Shown in pieces: positions 1 to 9,191 of a stretch of 64,000 bases of DNA (its first letter is position 1; each line of letters begins with the position of its first letter). A model generated the notes under the pieces. It saw only the letters and a list, made by a program, of their open reading frames with translations. It was not told the DNA's origin and did no database searches. The DNA lies in NCBI GenBank assembly GCA_016928575.1, contig JAFGKK010000015.1, forward strand, positions 108,498-172,497, written 5' to 3'. Origin of the DNA: Anaerolineales bacterium. GTDB taxonomy: Bacteria; Chloroflexota; Anaerolineae; Anaerolineales; RBG-16-64-43. A program made the position numbers and the translations under genes.

Positions 1-430
1 GCGCGGATCCGGAGAATTTGCCGCCGAAGACGGCGAACAGGTCGTCGCGGCGTACCACAAACAGGGTCACGCCGAGATAGCAGGAGAAAAGCGCCCCGAG
101 AACGGGCAGGAGATTTCCAAAGGGCGCCGGCAGCAGCGAAAGCGGCAGCGAGGCCAGCGCCCCGACGATCAACCCGACCACCAGGCCGATCATCGCCGCC
201 GATAGAGTGGTCGCCGGCAACAGCGATAGATTCCGGCGAAGGGCTCGCAACGGGCGGGTGGTCAGATAGGGCGTCAGGATCAATCCGGTCAGTGCTCCCA
301 GGGAAGCAAACAGCGAAGCCCACTGCTCGCGGGGCACTTCAGCCAAGTCGGCCAACCGGATTCCCAGAAATCCGCCGACCACGACCAGAACCACCATCCC
401 GATGATGCGCAGGAAGAATTCTATGCTCAT
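1..430 (-). CDS. PIN/TRAM-domain integral membrane protein (YacL-like), N-terminal part; gene continues beyond window edge
   Basis: Own reverse translation from ATG at 430-428: MSIEFFLRIIGMVVLVVVGGFLGIRLADLAEVPREQW...SCYLGVTLFVVRRDDLFAVFGG. Four hydrophobic helices then a charged linker, as in YacL-type proteins. Open to position 1, so it is absent from the ORF track. Confidence 0.5.
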   Translation of the reverse strand, partial: MSIEFFLRIIGMVVLVVVGGFLGIRLADLAEVPREQWASLFASLGALTGLILTPYLTTRPLRALRRNLSLLPATTLSAAMIGLVVGLIVGALASLPLSLLPAPFGNLLPVLGALFSCYLGVTLFVVRRDDLFAVFGGKFSGSA

Positions 431-448
431 GGAAAACCCTTTATAAAC

Positions 449-477
449 AAAAAAACGAAAGCAGATGGCCGCTTTCG
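449..477 (-). terminator. Terminator-like hairpin on minus strand, 20-45 nt upstream of the YacL-like start
   Basis: Plus strand reads aaaaaaa-CGAAAGC-agatggcc-GCTTTCG. On the minus strand this is a 7-bp stem followed by a T7 run. No minus-strand gene is visible upstream of it. Confidence 0.35.
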
Positions 478-723
478 CCCAGCATACCAACATTCCCCGG
501 AGGAGCGGATTTCAGGGATTGAGAGGCAAGCCAAGTCTGAAAAAAACGCGATAAGGCCAGCTGCAATAAATGGAAAATGATGCATTGATCATAGCACGCG
601 GGGTGGTCAAAGTCAAAGCGGCCGGTCCCAACCTTCTTCCGCGCATCCGGAACCCCCCTCCGCCGGCGGCCGATTCCGCCCGGACGCTTTGGTATACTGC
701 AAGCGTTTTCCTGGGAGGCGTCG

Positions 724-2199
724 TTGCGATCTTCCGGTATGCTCGTCCGTTGGTTTTCGATTGCGATCCTGCTGGCGACCGCCGCCATGATCCTTTTCGA
801 GTTGGTCAGCTACAGCCGGGATCAAACGCGGATCCCCCGCGGGGTGACGGTCGCCGGCTTATCCTTGGGCGGGATGACCTCCCAAGAGGCCATGCAAACG
901 CTTTTACAGGTTTACAGCCAGCCGATTGAAGCCCATTACCGCGAAAGCGTCTTTTTTATCCAACCTTCTCAGGTCGGCTTCCTTCTGAATTCCACAAGCA
1001 TGCTTGCCGAGGTGGATAGGTATCAGACTCAGCTGCCGTCCTGGGAAGGTTTTTGGGACTACCTCTGGAACTCCCCCGTCGAAGAATATTCCATCCATTT
1101 GATGGCGGATTATTCCCGCACCCAGCTGCAGACTCTGGTGGAAAACATCGCCGCACGGTACGACCTGCCCCCCATCCCCCCCCAGCCGGAACCCGGAAGG
1201 CCGTTTTTTAATGCCGGCACACCGGGCACGGTTCTGGATCAGGAGAGAGCGGCTGAATTGATCGTGGAGGCCTTGTTTTCGCCGGACCATCGGTTGGTGA
1301 ACTTGCCGGTTATTTCCAACCAGCGCAGCCTGCCTTCCATTGACTCTCTGGAGATCCTCATCAAACAGCTGGCGGCCGTTGATGACTTCTACGGCCTGTT
1401 GGACGTCTACATGGTCAACCTGCAGAACGGACAGGATCTGCACCTGATCCACATGAGCGGCGAGGATTTTCCAACCGAACCGGATGCAGCCTTTACGGCT
1501 GTTAGCACGATTAAAATCCCGATTCTTCTCGCCACTTTCGTGTACCGGGATCTGCCGTTGGACGCGGAAACAGAAAAATGGCTGGAGGATATGCTGGGGG
1601 TGCAATCCGGAAACGACCCCGCCGACTGGCTGATGCAGAGCCTGGATCCGGCCCAGGGGCCGCTCTTGGTCACCCAGGTTATGACGGAGATCGGCTTGGT
1701 GAACACTTTTATTGCAGGCTATTTCAAGCCGGGTTCGCCGCTGCTCAAGCCGATCCAAACCCCCGCCAACCAGCGGAAAGACATCCAGACGGATCTCGAC
1801 CCATACAATCAGACGACCCCGGAGGATTTGGGGCTTTTAATGCAGGACATCTATCAATGCTATCTTGGGGGCGGAACATTGCTGCTGAAATATCCTGACC
1901 GTATCACGCCTCAGGAATGCGGGACCATGCTGGATCTTCTGGCGAAGGATCCCATCGGCGTGTTCATCCAAGGAGGCGTTCCCGAGGGCACAAAAGTGGT
2001 CCACAAGCATGGTTGGGATCCGAGCATCTTCCATACCTTCGGCGACGCGGCCATCGTCTACACTCCCGGCGGCAACTACGTATTGTCGATCTTCCTCTGG
2101 CAGGCAGATTGGCTGCTGTGGGACATCGGATCCAAGACCATCGCGGATATCTCCAAGGCGGTCTACAATTACTTCAACCCTCCGACGAGCGCCGTCTGA
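724..2199 (+). CDS. Serine hydrolase, class A beta-lactamase-like / DD-peptidase-like, with N-terminal membrane anchor
   Basis: 491-aa ORF. Motifs occur in the correct order: S-x-x-K (AVSTIKIPILL), SGN (GVQSGNDP, SDN-like), KHG (VVHKHGW, KTG-like). N-terminal TM helix. GGGAGG sits 5 nt before the TTG at 724; an alternative ATG is at 739. Confidence 0.7.
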   Translation: MRSSGMLVRWFSIAILLATAAMILFELVSYSRDQTRIPRGVTVAGLSLGGMTSQEAMQTLLQVYSQPIEAHYRESVFFIQPSQVGFLLNSTSMLAEVDRYQTQLPSWEGFWDYLWNSPVEEYSIHLMADYSRTQLQTLVENIAARYDLPPIPPQPEPGRPFFNAGTPGTVLDQERAAELIVEALFSPDHRLVNLPVISNQRSLPSIDSLEILIKQLAAVDDFYGLLDVYMVNLQNGQDLHLIHMSGEDFPTEPDAAFTAVSTIKIPILLATFVYRDLPLDAETEKWLEDMLGVQSGNDPADWLMQSLDPAQGPLLVTQVMTEIGLVNTFIAGYFKPGSPLLKPIQTPANQRKDIQTDLDPYNQTTPEDLGLLMQDIYQCYLGGGTLLLKYPDRITPQECGTMLDLLAKDPIGVFIQGGVPEGTKVVHKHGWDPSIFHTFGDAAIVYTPGGNYVLSIFLWQADWLLWDIGSKTIADISKAVYNYFNPPTSAV

Positions 2200-2362
2200 C
2201 GCAGACATTGTCCGGGGAGCGCCCCGCCCTTAATCTGCAACGGGAGGGGAAGGATCCGGCCGTGTTTCACGTGAAACTTAAGGGAGGTTCGTCGAAGACG
2301 GCGAGCCGTGGAATCCGCCGGATTTTTCCGTCCTGGGGCTCATCGGCGTTCGCGGGCAGGCT

Positions 2363-3265
2363 ATGACCCAACATCCGATTTGCGACTACGAAAACTCCGA
2401 TTATCAGAGTACGTTCTGGGACAGCGGCACGCGCCGGTATGAGGACCAGTGCGAATCCCGGGTGTTGGCTCGGTTGATGCCCAAGCAAGGCCGGTTGCTC
2501 TTGGAAGCGGGGGCCGGGGCGGGCCGCAACACCTTGCGGTATATCGGCTTCGAGCGGATCGTCCTCCTGGATTACTCCCGCACCCAGTTGTTCCAAGCCC
2601 GGGAAAGGTTGGGCGAATCCCGGCGCTTCCTTTTCGTCGCGGCCAACGTCTACGCCATACCTTTCGCCGCCAGCCTCTTCGATGCCGCCACCATGATCCG
2701 CACGTTGCACCATTTATCCGACCCGCCTGCCGCCCTCCGGGAAATCCGACGAGTCCTACGGCCGAAATCCCATTTTCTCTTGGAGTACGCGAACAAGCGC
2801 AATACCAAAGCGGTCCTTCGGTATTTCCTGCACCGTCAAATGTGGAATCCTTTTTCGCCGGAAGCCGTGGAATACCTCCCCCTGAACTTCAACTTCCATC
2901 CAGCTTCGGTTCGCAGATGGCTTGCCCAAACCGGCTTCTCGATCCTCAACCAGGCAACCGTATCCCATTTTCGAATCGGCTTTTTAAAACGCCGCTTTCC
3001 TGCCCGGTTGCTGTCCCTCCTGGATCTCCTGCTTGGCTATACCGGCAACCTCTGGCAACTGTCCCCCAGCGTGTTTGTCCTCTCGCGGACGGATTCCTCC
3101 GGCCCGCCGACCCCCGCCGGCTTCTTCCGCTGTCCGGAATGCGGACATACCGATCTCGAGGAAGCGGATTCTTCCTCCGGAAGGTCTCTGAATTGCCGTG
3201 TTTGTCGGAGGCGATACCCCATCCGCAACGGTATTTACGACTTTAAAGAACCGCTCACTTTATAA
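2363..3265 (+). CDS. Class I SAM-dependent methyltransferase with C-terminal Zn-ribbon (Trm112-like) tail
   Basis: Motif I LLEAGAGAGRN. C-terminus has CPECGH...CRVCRRRYPIRNGIYDF (CxxC...CxxC). Confidence 0.8.
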   Translation: MTQHPICDYENSDYQSTFWDSGTRRYEDQCESRVLARLMPKQGRLLLEAGAGAGRNTLRYIGFERIVLLDYSRTQLFQARERLGESRRFLFVAANVYAIPFAASLFDAATMIRTLHHLSDPPAALREIRRVLRPKSHFLLEYANKRNTKAVLRYFLHRQMWNPFSPEAVEYLPLNFNFHPASVRRWLAQTGFSILNQATVSHFRIGFLKRRFPARLLSLLDLLLGYTGNLWQLSPSVFVLSRTDSSGPPTPAGFFRCPECGHTDLEEADSSSGRSLNCRVCRRRYPIRNGIYDFKEPLTL

Positions 3266-4392
3266 GGCAGCCATTCCCAGATTAAATCGGCGATGTTCTC
3301 CGCCGCATGCGGTTTGGCAATCCGTTTGCAGGCAAGAGCCGCATTCTCGCGAAGCTTCGGATTGGCGATCCAGCGCCGGACGGCCCTGGCCGTGCGTTCC
3401 GTACCGGGAGCCCATCGTCCGGCCCCCTCCTGTACGACGTAACGCACATTTCCGTCTTCCTGTCCGGGGATCCGGCTGTTGAGGATGATCGGCAAGCCGC
3501 ACACCAAGGCTTCGCTGATGGTTCCCGGACCGGCTTTCGTTACCAGAATGTCGGCGGCGTTCATGTAATCCGCCATATTGTTCACAAATCCGTAGATGAA
3601 GATTGGGATGTTCCAGTCCGCGTTTTCCATCTGCCGTCTTAACTTGTCGTTCCGTCCGGTGATCACCACCAAGGCGCATTCCGGGCTGGTATACATGATT
3701 TGGCGGGCGGTGTCGAACAACGGCCCCATCCCTTCTCCTCCGCCGACCATCAGGACCATGGGCCGGTCCGGCGGCCACCCCAATTCCTTCCGCACGACCG
3801 CCCGATCGCGCGGACTTAAAAACTTGCGGCTGATCGGCAATCCAAGAAGCTTGATTTGATCGGGTTTTAATCCATTGAGAATCGCTCGGCGGCGGACTTC
3901 ATCCGTTGGGACAACGCAGACGTCCTCCCGGCGGTAGAACCAGTAGTTCGGAGCCGTAACCAAGTCGGTCACGGCGGTGATGAACGGCGGACGGTGTTTC
4001 CCCAGGGCGCGTAAGACGGGGGCATTGAACAACGGGTGGACACAGAAGATCAAATCCGCCGGATGCTCGCGGACCAGCTGTTTGGCGGCGGGGCGGATCC
4101 ACGGCCAAAGCGTGTCCATCATAAACGCCGCCCGCCGCCGCCCGTCCACCATCCGGTAGCCCAACCCCCACAGGTTGGGGACTTTGACCATGGTCGGGTA
4201 CATCTCCGGGGCGCGGTTGAACGGGTATGGAGCATACGCCTTGAAGACATCGACCATGGACAGGGCGAATTCTCCGGGGTGTTTTTCCTCCAGTACTTCG
4301 ATCACCGCTTGCGCGGCACTTCGATGTCCGCCCCCGGTATCGGAAAAGAGAACCAGTATCCTAGGCTTTGCCGTCGGCGGGTGGATGGCCAT
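3235..4392 (-). CDS. GT28-family glycosyltransferase, monogalactosyldiacylglycerol synthase-like
   Basis: Internal ATG at 4392 gives MAIHPPTAKPRILVLFSDTGGGHRSAAQAV... (G-loop SDTGGGH typical of MGDG synthase/UgtP-like enzymes). The 5' extension of the 477-aa ORF looks non-coding. Confidence 0.75.
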   Translation of the reverse strand: MAIHPPTAKPRILVLFSDTGGGHRSAAQAVIEVLEEKHPGEFALSMVDVFKAYAPYPFNRAPEMYPTMVKVPNLWGLGYRMVDGRRRAAFMMDTLWPWIRPAAKQLVREHPADLIFCVHPLFNAPVLRALGKHRPPFITAVTDLVTAPNYWFYRREDVCVVPTDEVRRRAILNGLKPDQIKLLGLPISRKFLSPRDRAVVRKELGWPPDRPMVLMVGGGEGMGPLFDTARQIMYTSPECALVVITGRNDKLRRQMENADWNIPIFIYGFVNNMADYMNAADILVTKAGPGTISEALVCGLPIILNSRIPGQEDGNVRYVVQEGAGRWAPGTERTARAVRRWIANPKLRENAALACKRIAKPHAAENIADLIWEWLPYKVSGSLKS

Positions 4393-4582
4393 TTGATCCT
4401 CGACGTAGGATGGTTTTAATTCGCTTCGCGAGATCGCGGCGCTCCAGGAGGATCCGGTGCCCGCATCCTTGGCATTGAATGCCGATGTCGGCCCCCAAGC
4501 GGACCACCTCCCATTCCCGGCTTCCGCAGGGGTGTGGTTTCCGCAGTTGGACGACGTCGCCCAAAGCCAGATCGGGAAGCAT
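4361..4582 (-). CDS. DUF951 family small protein (YyzM-like)
   Basis: Last 73 aa of the 4361..5446 ORF: MLPDLALGDVVQLRKPHPCGSREWEVVRLGADIGIQCQGCGHRILLERRDLAKRIKTIL. It carries the KPHPCG...W...R.GADI...C..C.H signature. It overlaps the GT28 start by 32 nt. Confidence 0.75.
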   Translation of the reverse strand: MLPDLALGDVVQLRKPHPCGSREWEVVRLGADIGIQCQGCGHRILLERRDLAKRIKTILRRGSNGHPPADGKA

Positions 4583-4666
4583 CCTTTCATTATAATCACA
4601 CCCGGCCGGGGATGACGGATTCCTGCATGGTAGAATATTGTTGTCGATTGCAGTCGGAGGTGCCCC

Positions 4667-5560
4667 ATGGAAACTCAAAAAACAACCGGATCCTTCACCG
4701 TTAAGAAGGGATTGGCCCAAATGCTTAAGGGGGGAGTGATCATGGACGTGGTCACTCCCGAGCACGCGAAAATCGCCGAAGTCGCCGGCGCATGCTCGGT
4801 CATGGCGCTCGAACGCGTTCCGGCCGACATCCGCGCCGACGGCGGCGTCGCCCGCATGAGCGATCCAGGATTGATCCTGCAGATCATGGAAGCGGTGTCG
4901 ATCCCGGTGATGGCGAAATGCCGGATCGGCCATTTCGTGGAAGCGCAAGTGCTGGAAGCCATCGGCGTGGACTACATCGACGAATCCGAAGTCCTCACGC
5001 CGGCCGACGAAGAGCACCACATCTTCAAGCACGAGTTTAAGGTGCCCTTTGTCTGCGGCTGCCGGAATTTGGGGGAAGCCTTGCGGCGCATCGGAGAGGG
5101 GGCGGCGATGATCCGCACCAAGGGCGAAGCCGGCACCGGCGACATCGTCGAAGCGGTCCGCCACGCGAGAGCCGTGTGGGGCGAAATCCGCCGCCTGCAA
5201 AACCTTCCGGACGAAGAGTTGATGGCCTTCGCCAAATCGATCGGCGCACCTTTCGAGCTGGTGAAGGAAACCAAGCAGCTCGGCCGGCTGCCGGTGGTGA
5301 ATTTCGCCGCCGGCGGTGTGGCCACCCCGGCGGACGCCGCGTTGATGATGCAGCTCGGGATGGACGGGGTGTTCGTCGGTTCCGGGATCTTTAAATCCGG
5401 CGATCCGGCCAAACGCGCCGCGGCGATCGTCAAGGCGGTTACCCACTTCCGCGATCCCAAGATCCTCGCCGAAGTCAGCCGCGATCTCGGCGAACCGATG
5501 GTCGGACGACAGATCGCCGCCATGGCGAAAGAGGAATTAATCGCTGGCCGGGGTTGGTAG
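4667..5560 (+). CDS. pdxS: Pyridoxal 5'-phosphate synthase lyase subunit PdxS
   Basis: [42 protein letters not shown]... Full-length PdxS/SNZ signature, 297 aa. Confidence 0.97.
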   Translation: METQKTTGSFTVKKGLAQMLKGGVIMDVVTPEHAKIAEVAGACSVMALERVPADIRADGGVARMSDPGLILQIMEAVSIPVMAKCRIGHFVEAQVLEAIGVDYIDESEVLTPADEEHHIFKHEFKVPFVCGCRNLGEALRRIGEGAAMIRTKGEAGTGDIVEAVRHARAVWGEIRRLQNLPDEELMAFAKSIGAPFELVKETKQLGRLPVVNFAAGGVATPADAALMMQLGMDGVFVGSGIFKSGDPAKRAAAIVKAVTHFRDPKILAEVSRDLGEPMVGRQIAAMAKEELIAGRGW

Positions 5561-6036
5561 TGTCGGAAGCGATCCGTATCCGCCGCGGAACCACGATTGA
5601 TTTCCCGGCGATCCTCCGTCACCGCCCGGGGATGTTTTCCGAAATGTGCGTCGGTGATTCCTCCGCCTGCTTTTCCTTTGCATCCGAATCCCGCGATGTC
5701 GGGTTTCCGGCGACGGCTTCCGTCGCGGTCTCCTCCCGGATCGCGGAAACCGAACGCGGCGCCGGCGTCGCCGCCGGATCCGTGCTGATCGTCCCCTGGC
5801 CGGCGCCTGCGAAAGACCGCAAGCAACGACGGGCGTTCCCGTTTTTCGTATTGGCCGAGTCGGGTTTCCGCCGTCGGCGTCTCACCCGCTGTGCGGCGCG
5901 GACGATCGTCGATCGGCGCCGGGCGCAGATCTCCGGATCCGTTGTCCTGCGCGCCGGCGTGGCCGGACGGGCGCGCTGCCGATCCACGGATGTTCAGACG
6001 ACCAACGGACTCGGGTTCGAACTTTCCCGCGAATGA
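5554..6036 (+). CDS. Putative GNAT-family N-acetyltransferase-like protein inserted between pdxS and pdxT
   Basis: 160-aa ORF. Opens with [17 protein letters not shown] like a GNAT beta1-alpha1. Has [29 protein letters not shown] (motif A-like R-R-R-x) and a C-terminal TNGLGFEL. Its start overlaps the pdxS stop, and its TGA overlaps the pdxT ATG (ATGA at 6033-6036). Composition is R/A-rich, so the call is tentative. Confidence 0.4.
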   Translation: MVVSEAIRIRRGTTIDFPAILRHRPGMFSEMCVGDSSACFSFASESRDVGFPATASVAVSSRIAETERGAGVAAGSVLIVPWPAPAKDRKQRRAFPFFVLAESGFRRRRLTRCAARTIVDRRRAQISGSVVLRAGVAGRARCRSTDVQTTNGLGFELSRE

Positions 6037-6623
6037 CCATCGGCGTCCTCGCCCTGCAGGGCGATTTCGAAGAGCACATTATTAAGCTCAGCGGCATTAA
6101 CGTGCCCGCCGTCGAGGTCCGGCGTCCCGCGGATCTGGCGTCCCTCTCCGGGCTGATCATCCCGGGCGGGGAAACGACAACGTTCCGCAACCTAGCCCAA
6201 GCCTACGGGTTGGTCGAGCCCCTGCAGGCGTTCGGCCGGCGCCATGCGGTGTGGGGCACCTGCGCCGGGGCGATCGCCCTGGCGAGCGACCTCGGGCGCG
6301 AGCAATCCCTCTTGGGGCTGATGGACATCGCCGTCGAGCGCAACGCGTTCGGCCGGCAGCTGCAATCCTTTGAAATCGATCTGGAAATCCCCACCCTGCC
6401 CCGCCGGGACGGAGCCGGACCGGCCTCGTTTCCCGCCGTCTTCATCCGCGCCCCGGCCATCCTGCGAACCGGGCGCGGCGTCGAGATCCTCGCCCGTCTG
6501 CCGGACGGGACGATCGTCGCCGCCCGCCAGCGGCATTGGCTGGCTACATGCTTTCACCCGGAACTCACCGGCGATGACCGTCTACACCGGCTGTTCTTGG
6601 ATATGGTTGCTTGCATGGGATAG
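6033..6623 (+). CDS. pdxT: Pyridoxal 5'-phosphate synthase glutaminase subunit PdxT
   Basis: [16 protein letters not shown]...IIPGGETT...WGTCAG...FHPE. Class I glutamine amidotransferase triad context, 196 aa. Confidence 0.95.
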   Translation: MTIGVLALQGDFEEHIIKLSGINVPAVEVRRPADLASLSGLIIPGGETTTFRNLAQAYGLVEPLQAFGRRHAVWGTCAGAIALASDLGREQSLLGLMDIAVERNAFGRQLQSFEIDLEIPTLPRRDGAGPASFPAVFIRAPAILRTGRGVEILARLPDGTIVAARQRHWLATCFHPELTGDDRLHRLFLDMVACMG

Positions 6624-6625
6624 CC

Positions 6626-7588
6626 ATGGTTCACGCCTTCCAACTCCGCGATTCTCTTGCCCTGCAACGTTTGGTCGCCCGGGGCGTCAGCCTGGATTCC
6701 CCGAGCCTTCTGACCCAGGACCTGCATCCGCTCGGCAACGCCGTTTTGGCGCTGATCCTCCCGGTGTTTCTGCCGGAGACTCTCGTGGTGGACCGCGCCG
6801 GCCGGACGACGGGGTTCGGTCAACTCAGTCACCGGTTGGGAGATCCGTCTTCCCGCCTGCGCTTCCTTTCTCCGAAGGAGCTGTGCGCCGGCGACGCGGG
6901 GTTCGAACTGATCGAGGCGCTCCTGAAATCTGCCGGTCGGCGCCGAGCCCAGCACATCCTCGCAGACGCGGAAGATCGGAGCGAAGTTTCCGCTTTCCTG
7001 CGACGGGCGGGGTTTACCGTCTACGCCCGGGAGGATATCTGGCAGGCGGGCGGTTCCCTTCCGAAAGCATCCCGCCTTCCGCCGGACTCCCTGCGCGCCC
7101 TGCGCGACGCGGACGCGACTGCGGTACATGCGCTATACTGTTCCATTGTGCCGGCGCTGGTCCATCAAGTGGAAGGTTTATCCCGCCGGCCGAAGGGATG
7201 GCTGTTTTTGGAGGACGGGGAATTGGCAGGTTTCTTTCAGGTCCGCTCGGGGCCGCTGGGGTTGTGGATGGAACCTTTCTTCCATCCCATGGCAAGGAAG
7301 GCCGCGGATTGGATCGCGGGGTGGCTGGGGGCGCTTTCCCCGCGTCCTCCCGGGCCGGTCTTCGTCCGCGTTCGATCCTATCAGGATTGGGTGGGCCCCA
7401 TCCTTCGTGAATTCGGTTTCAACCTCCACAGCCGGCGGGCGGCCTTCGTCCGCCGCGTTGTCGTTCCGCTTCCGCTGGAGGAAGGCATGGCGCTCTCCTC
7501 CGTGGAAAAACCCATCCCCCAAGCCACCTCTTACGGGTCTCCATCATCCCGGAACGCTTATGACACCGCAGCGGCGAATCACCGATAA
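6626..7588 (+). CDS. Hypothetical protein, possibly two degenerate GNAT-like halves
   Basis: ATG at 6626 lies just after the pdxT stop. Two ...GF... strand motifs are present (AFLRRAGFTVYAREDIW and ILREFGFNLHSRRAAFVRRV). No catalytic motif was recognised by eye. Confidence 0.5.
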   Translation: MVHAFQLRDSLALQRLVARGVSLDSPSLLTQDLHPLGNAVLALILPVFLPETLVVDRAGRTTGFGQLSHRLGDPSSRLRFLSPKELCAGDAGFELIEALLKSAGRRRAQHILADAEDRSEVSAFLRRAGFTVYAREDIWQAGGSLPKASRLPPDSLRALRDADATAVHALYCSIVPALVHQVEGLSRRPKGWLFLEDGELAGFFQVRSGPLGLWMEPFFHPMARKAADWIAGWLGALSPRPPGPVFVRVRSYQDWVGPILREFGFNLHSRRAAFVRRVVVPLPLEEGMALSSVEKPIPQATSYGSPSSRNAYDTAAANHR

Positions 7589-9191
7589 CCTCGACATCAT
7601 GCTGAGCGTCCTGCCCGAAGGAATCAGCGCCGCCTTGCGGGCCGAAGGCCGCTGGGACGTCTTGCAGGAGATCATCCTCGACCTCGGGAGGATTCCGACC
7701 GCGCGCTACTTGGACGGCGAAAAGGTTCTGGCCCAACGTGAGGTCTCCGGCGAGATCATCGATTTCGTCGTCAGCCGGATCGGGGAATTCGACGCCGACA
7801 ACCGCGCAGGGCTCGAACGCACCCTGCACCGAATCTCGGCCATCCGCAACCGCCACGGCCACATCGTCGGGTTGACCTGCCGGGTCGGGCGGGCGGTCTA
7901 CGGGACGATCGACATCGTCGAGGATCTGATCGTCTCCAGCAAGAGCCTCTTGCTGCTCGGCCGGCCCGGCGTCGGGAAAACGACCATGCTGCGTGAGGCC
8001 GCCCGCATTCTGGCCGAGAGCAAACGCGTCGTCATCGTCGACACGTCGAACGAAATCGGTGGTGACGGCGACGTTCCGCACCCGGCGGTCGGGCGCGCCC
8101 GGCGGATGCAGGTCCGCACGCCTTCGCTGCAGCACGAAGTCATGATCGAAGCGGTGGAGAATCACAATCCGGAAGTGATCGTCATCGACGAAATCGGGCG
8201 CGAGCTCGAGGCGGCCGCCGCAAGGACGATCGCCGAACGGGGGGTACAACTGATCGGCACCGCGCACGGCAACACCATCGACAACATCCTGCTCAATCCG
8301 ATCCTCGCCGACCTGGTCGGCGGGATCGAATCCGTCACGCTGTCGGACGAGGAGGCCCGCCGCCGGGGAACGCAAAAGACCGTGCTCGAGCGCCGCGCCC
8401 CGCCGACCTTCGAGATTCTGGTCGAGATCCAGGACCGCGAACGGCTGGCCGTGCATCACGACGTGGCCGCGTCGGTCGACGCCATTTTGCGCGGACGCCC
8501 CCTTCCGCCGCAGCTTCGGTACGTCGACGAACAAGGCGAAGTCCACAAGGAGACGGCCGCCTCCGCCGCCGTTCCCGGGTCCGCGGGCCGCGAACGCCCG
8601 AGGCGCAGCCCTTCGTCGGACATGTCGATGCCCTGGAGCGGTACGCCGCGGGCCTACGAACCCAGCCCGGCCCCCGACAGCCTCCCGTTTTCCCCGACGC
8701 CGCCGCATTTGCCGCCTTCCCGGTCGCGTCCGATCCACGTCTACCCGTACGGCGTGGCGAAAAACCGATTGGAGCAGGCGGCGCGCTATCTCCAGGTGCC
8801 GGTGGTGGTGGTCGGCGACGCCGGACAGGCGGAGGCGATCGTCACCATTAAATCCTATTACCGCCGCCGCCCGCAGGTGATCGAGGACGCGGAACGCGGC
8901 GGGACGCCGATCTACGTGCTGCGCTCCAACACCGTCGGCCAAATGGAGCATTTCCTTTCGGAGCTTTTCGACCTGGGGCACACCCCTTCCGCCAACCCCT
9001 CCCTCGACTCGGCGATGCAGGAAACCCAGCAAGCCATCGATGAAATCCTCAACGGGTCGCGGTCGATCGACCTGGCCCCCACTTCCGCCTACATCCGACG
9101 CCTGCAGCATCAGATGGCGCGCCAGGCCAATCTGTTCTCCCAATCCTTCGGAAAGGAGCCGCGCCGCCGGGTGCGGATCTACCGCACCTGA
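7560..9191 (+). CDS. Ycf45/SpoIIIAA-like AAA ATPase with C-terminal R3H nucleic-acid-binding domain
   Basis: Internal ATG at 7560 gives MTPQRRITDNLDIMLSVLPE.... Walker A LLLGRPGVGKTT, Walker B VIVIDEIG, GTAHG sensor. C-terminus IRRLQHQMARQANLFSQSFGKEPRRRVRIY is R3H-like. Confidence 0.8.
   Translation: MTPQRRITDNLDIMLSVLPEGISAALRAEGRWDVLQEIILDLGRIPTARYLDGEKVLAQREVSGEIIDFVVSRIGEFDADNRAGLERTLHRISAIRNRHGHIVGLTCRVGRAVYGTIDIVEDLIVSSKSLLLLGRPGVGKTTMLREAARILAESKRVVIVDTSNEIGGDGDVPHPAVGRARRMQVRTPSLQHEVMIEAVENHNPEVIVIDEIGRELEAAAARTIAERGVQLIGTAHGNTIDNILLNPILADLVGGIESVTLSDEEARRRGTQKTVLERRAPPTFEILVEIQDRERLAVHHDVAASVDAILRGRPLPPQLRYVDEQGEVHKETAASAAVPGSAGRERPRRSPSSDMSMPWSGTPRAYEPSPAPDSLPFSPTPPHLPPSRSRPIHVYPYGVAKNRLEQAARYLQVPVVVVGDAGQAEAIVTIKSYYRRRPQVIEDAERGGTPIYVLRSNTVGQMEHFLSELFDLGHTPSANPSLDSAMQETQQAIDEILNGSRSIDLAPTSAYIRRLQHQMARQANLFSQSFGKEPRRRVRIYRT

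Noticed and set aside
6370-7410. 346-aa plus-strand ORF in an alternative frame overlapping pdxT and the next gene
   Set aside because: It is P/R/G/S-rich and overlaps two better-supported frames, so it was judged a high-GC artefact.
7419-9143. 574-aa minus-strand ORF
   Set aside because: It is antisense to the well-supported Ycf45-like ATPase gene. The product is R/G/D/P-rich low complexity with no motifs, a typical shadow ORF of a high-GC coding region.
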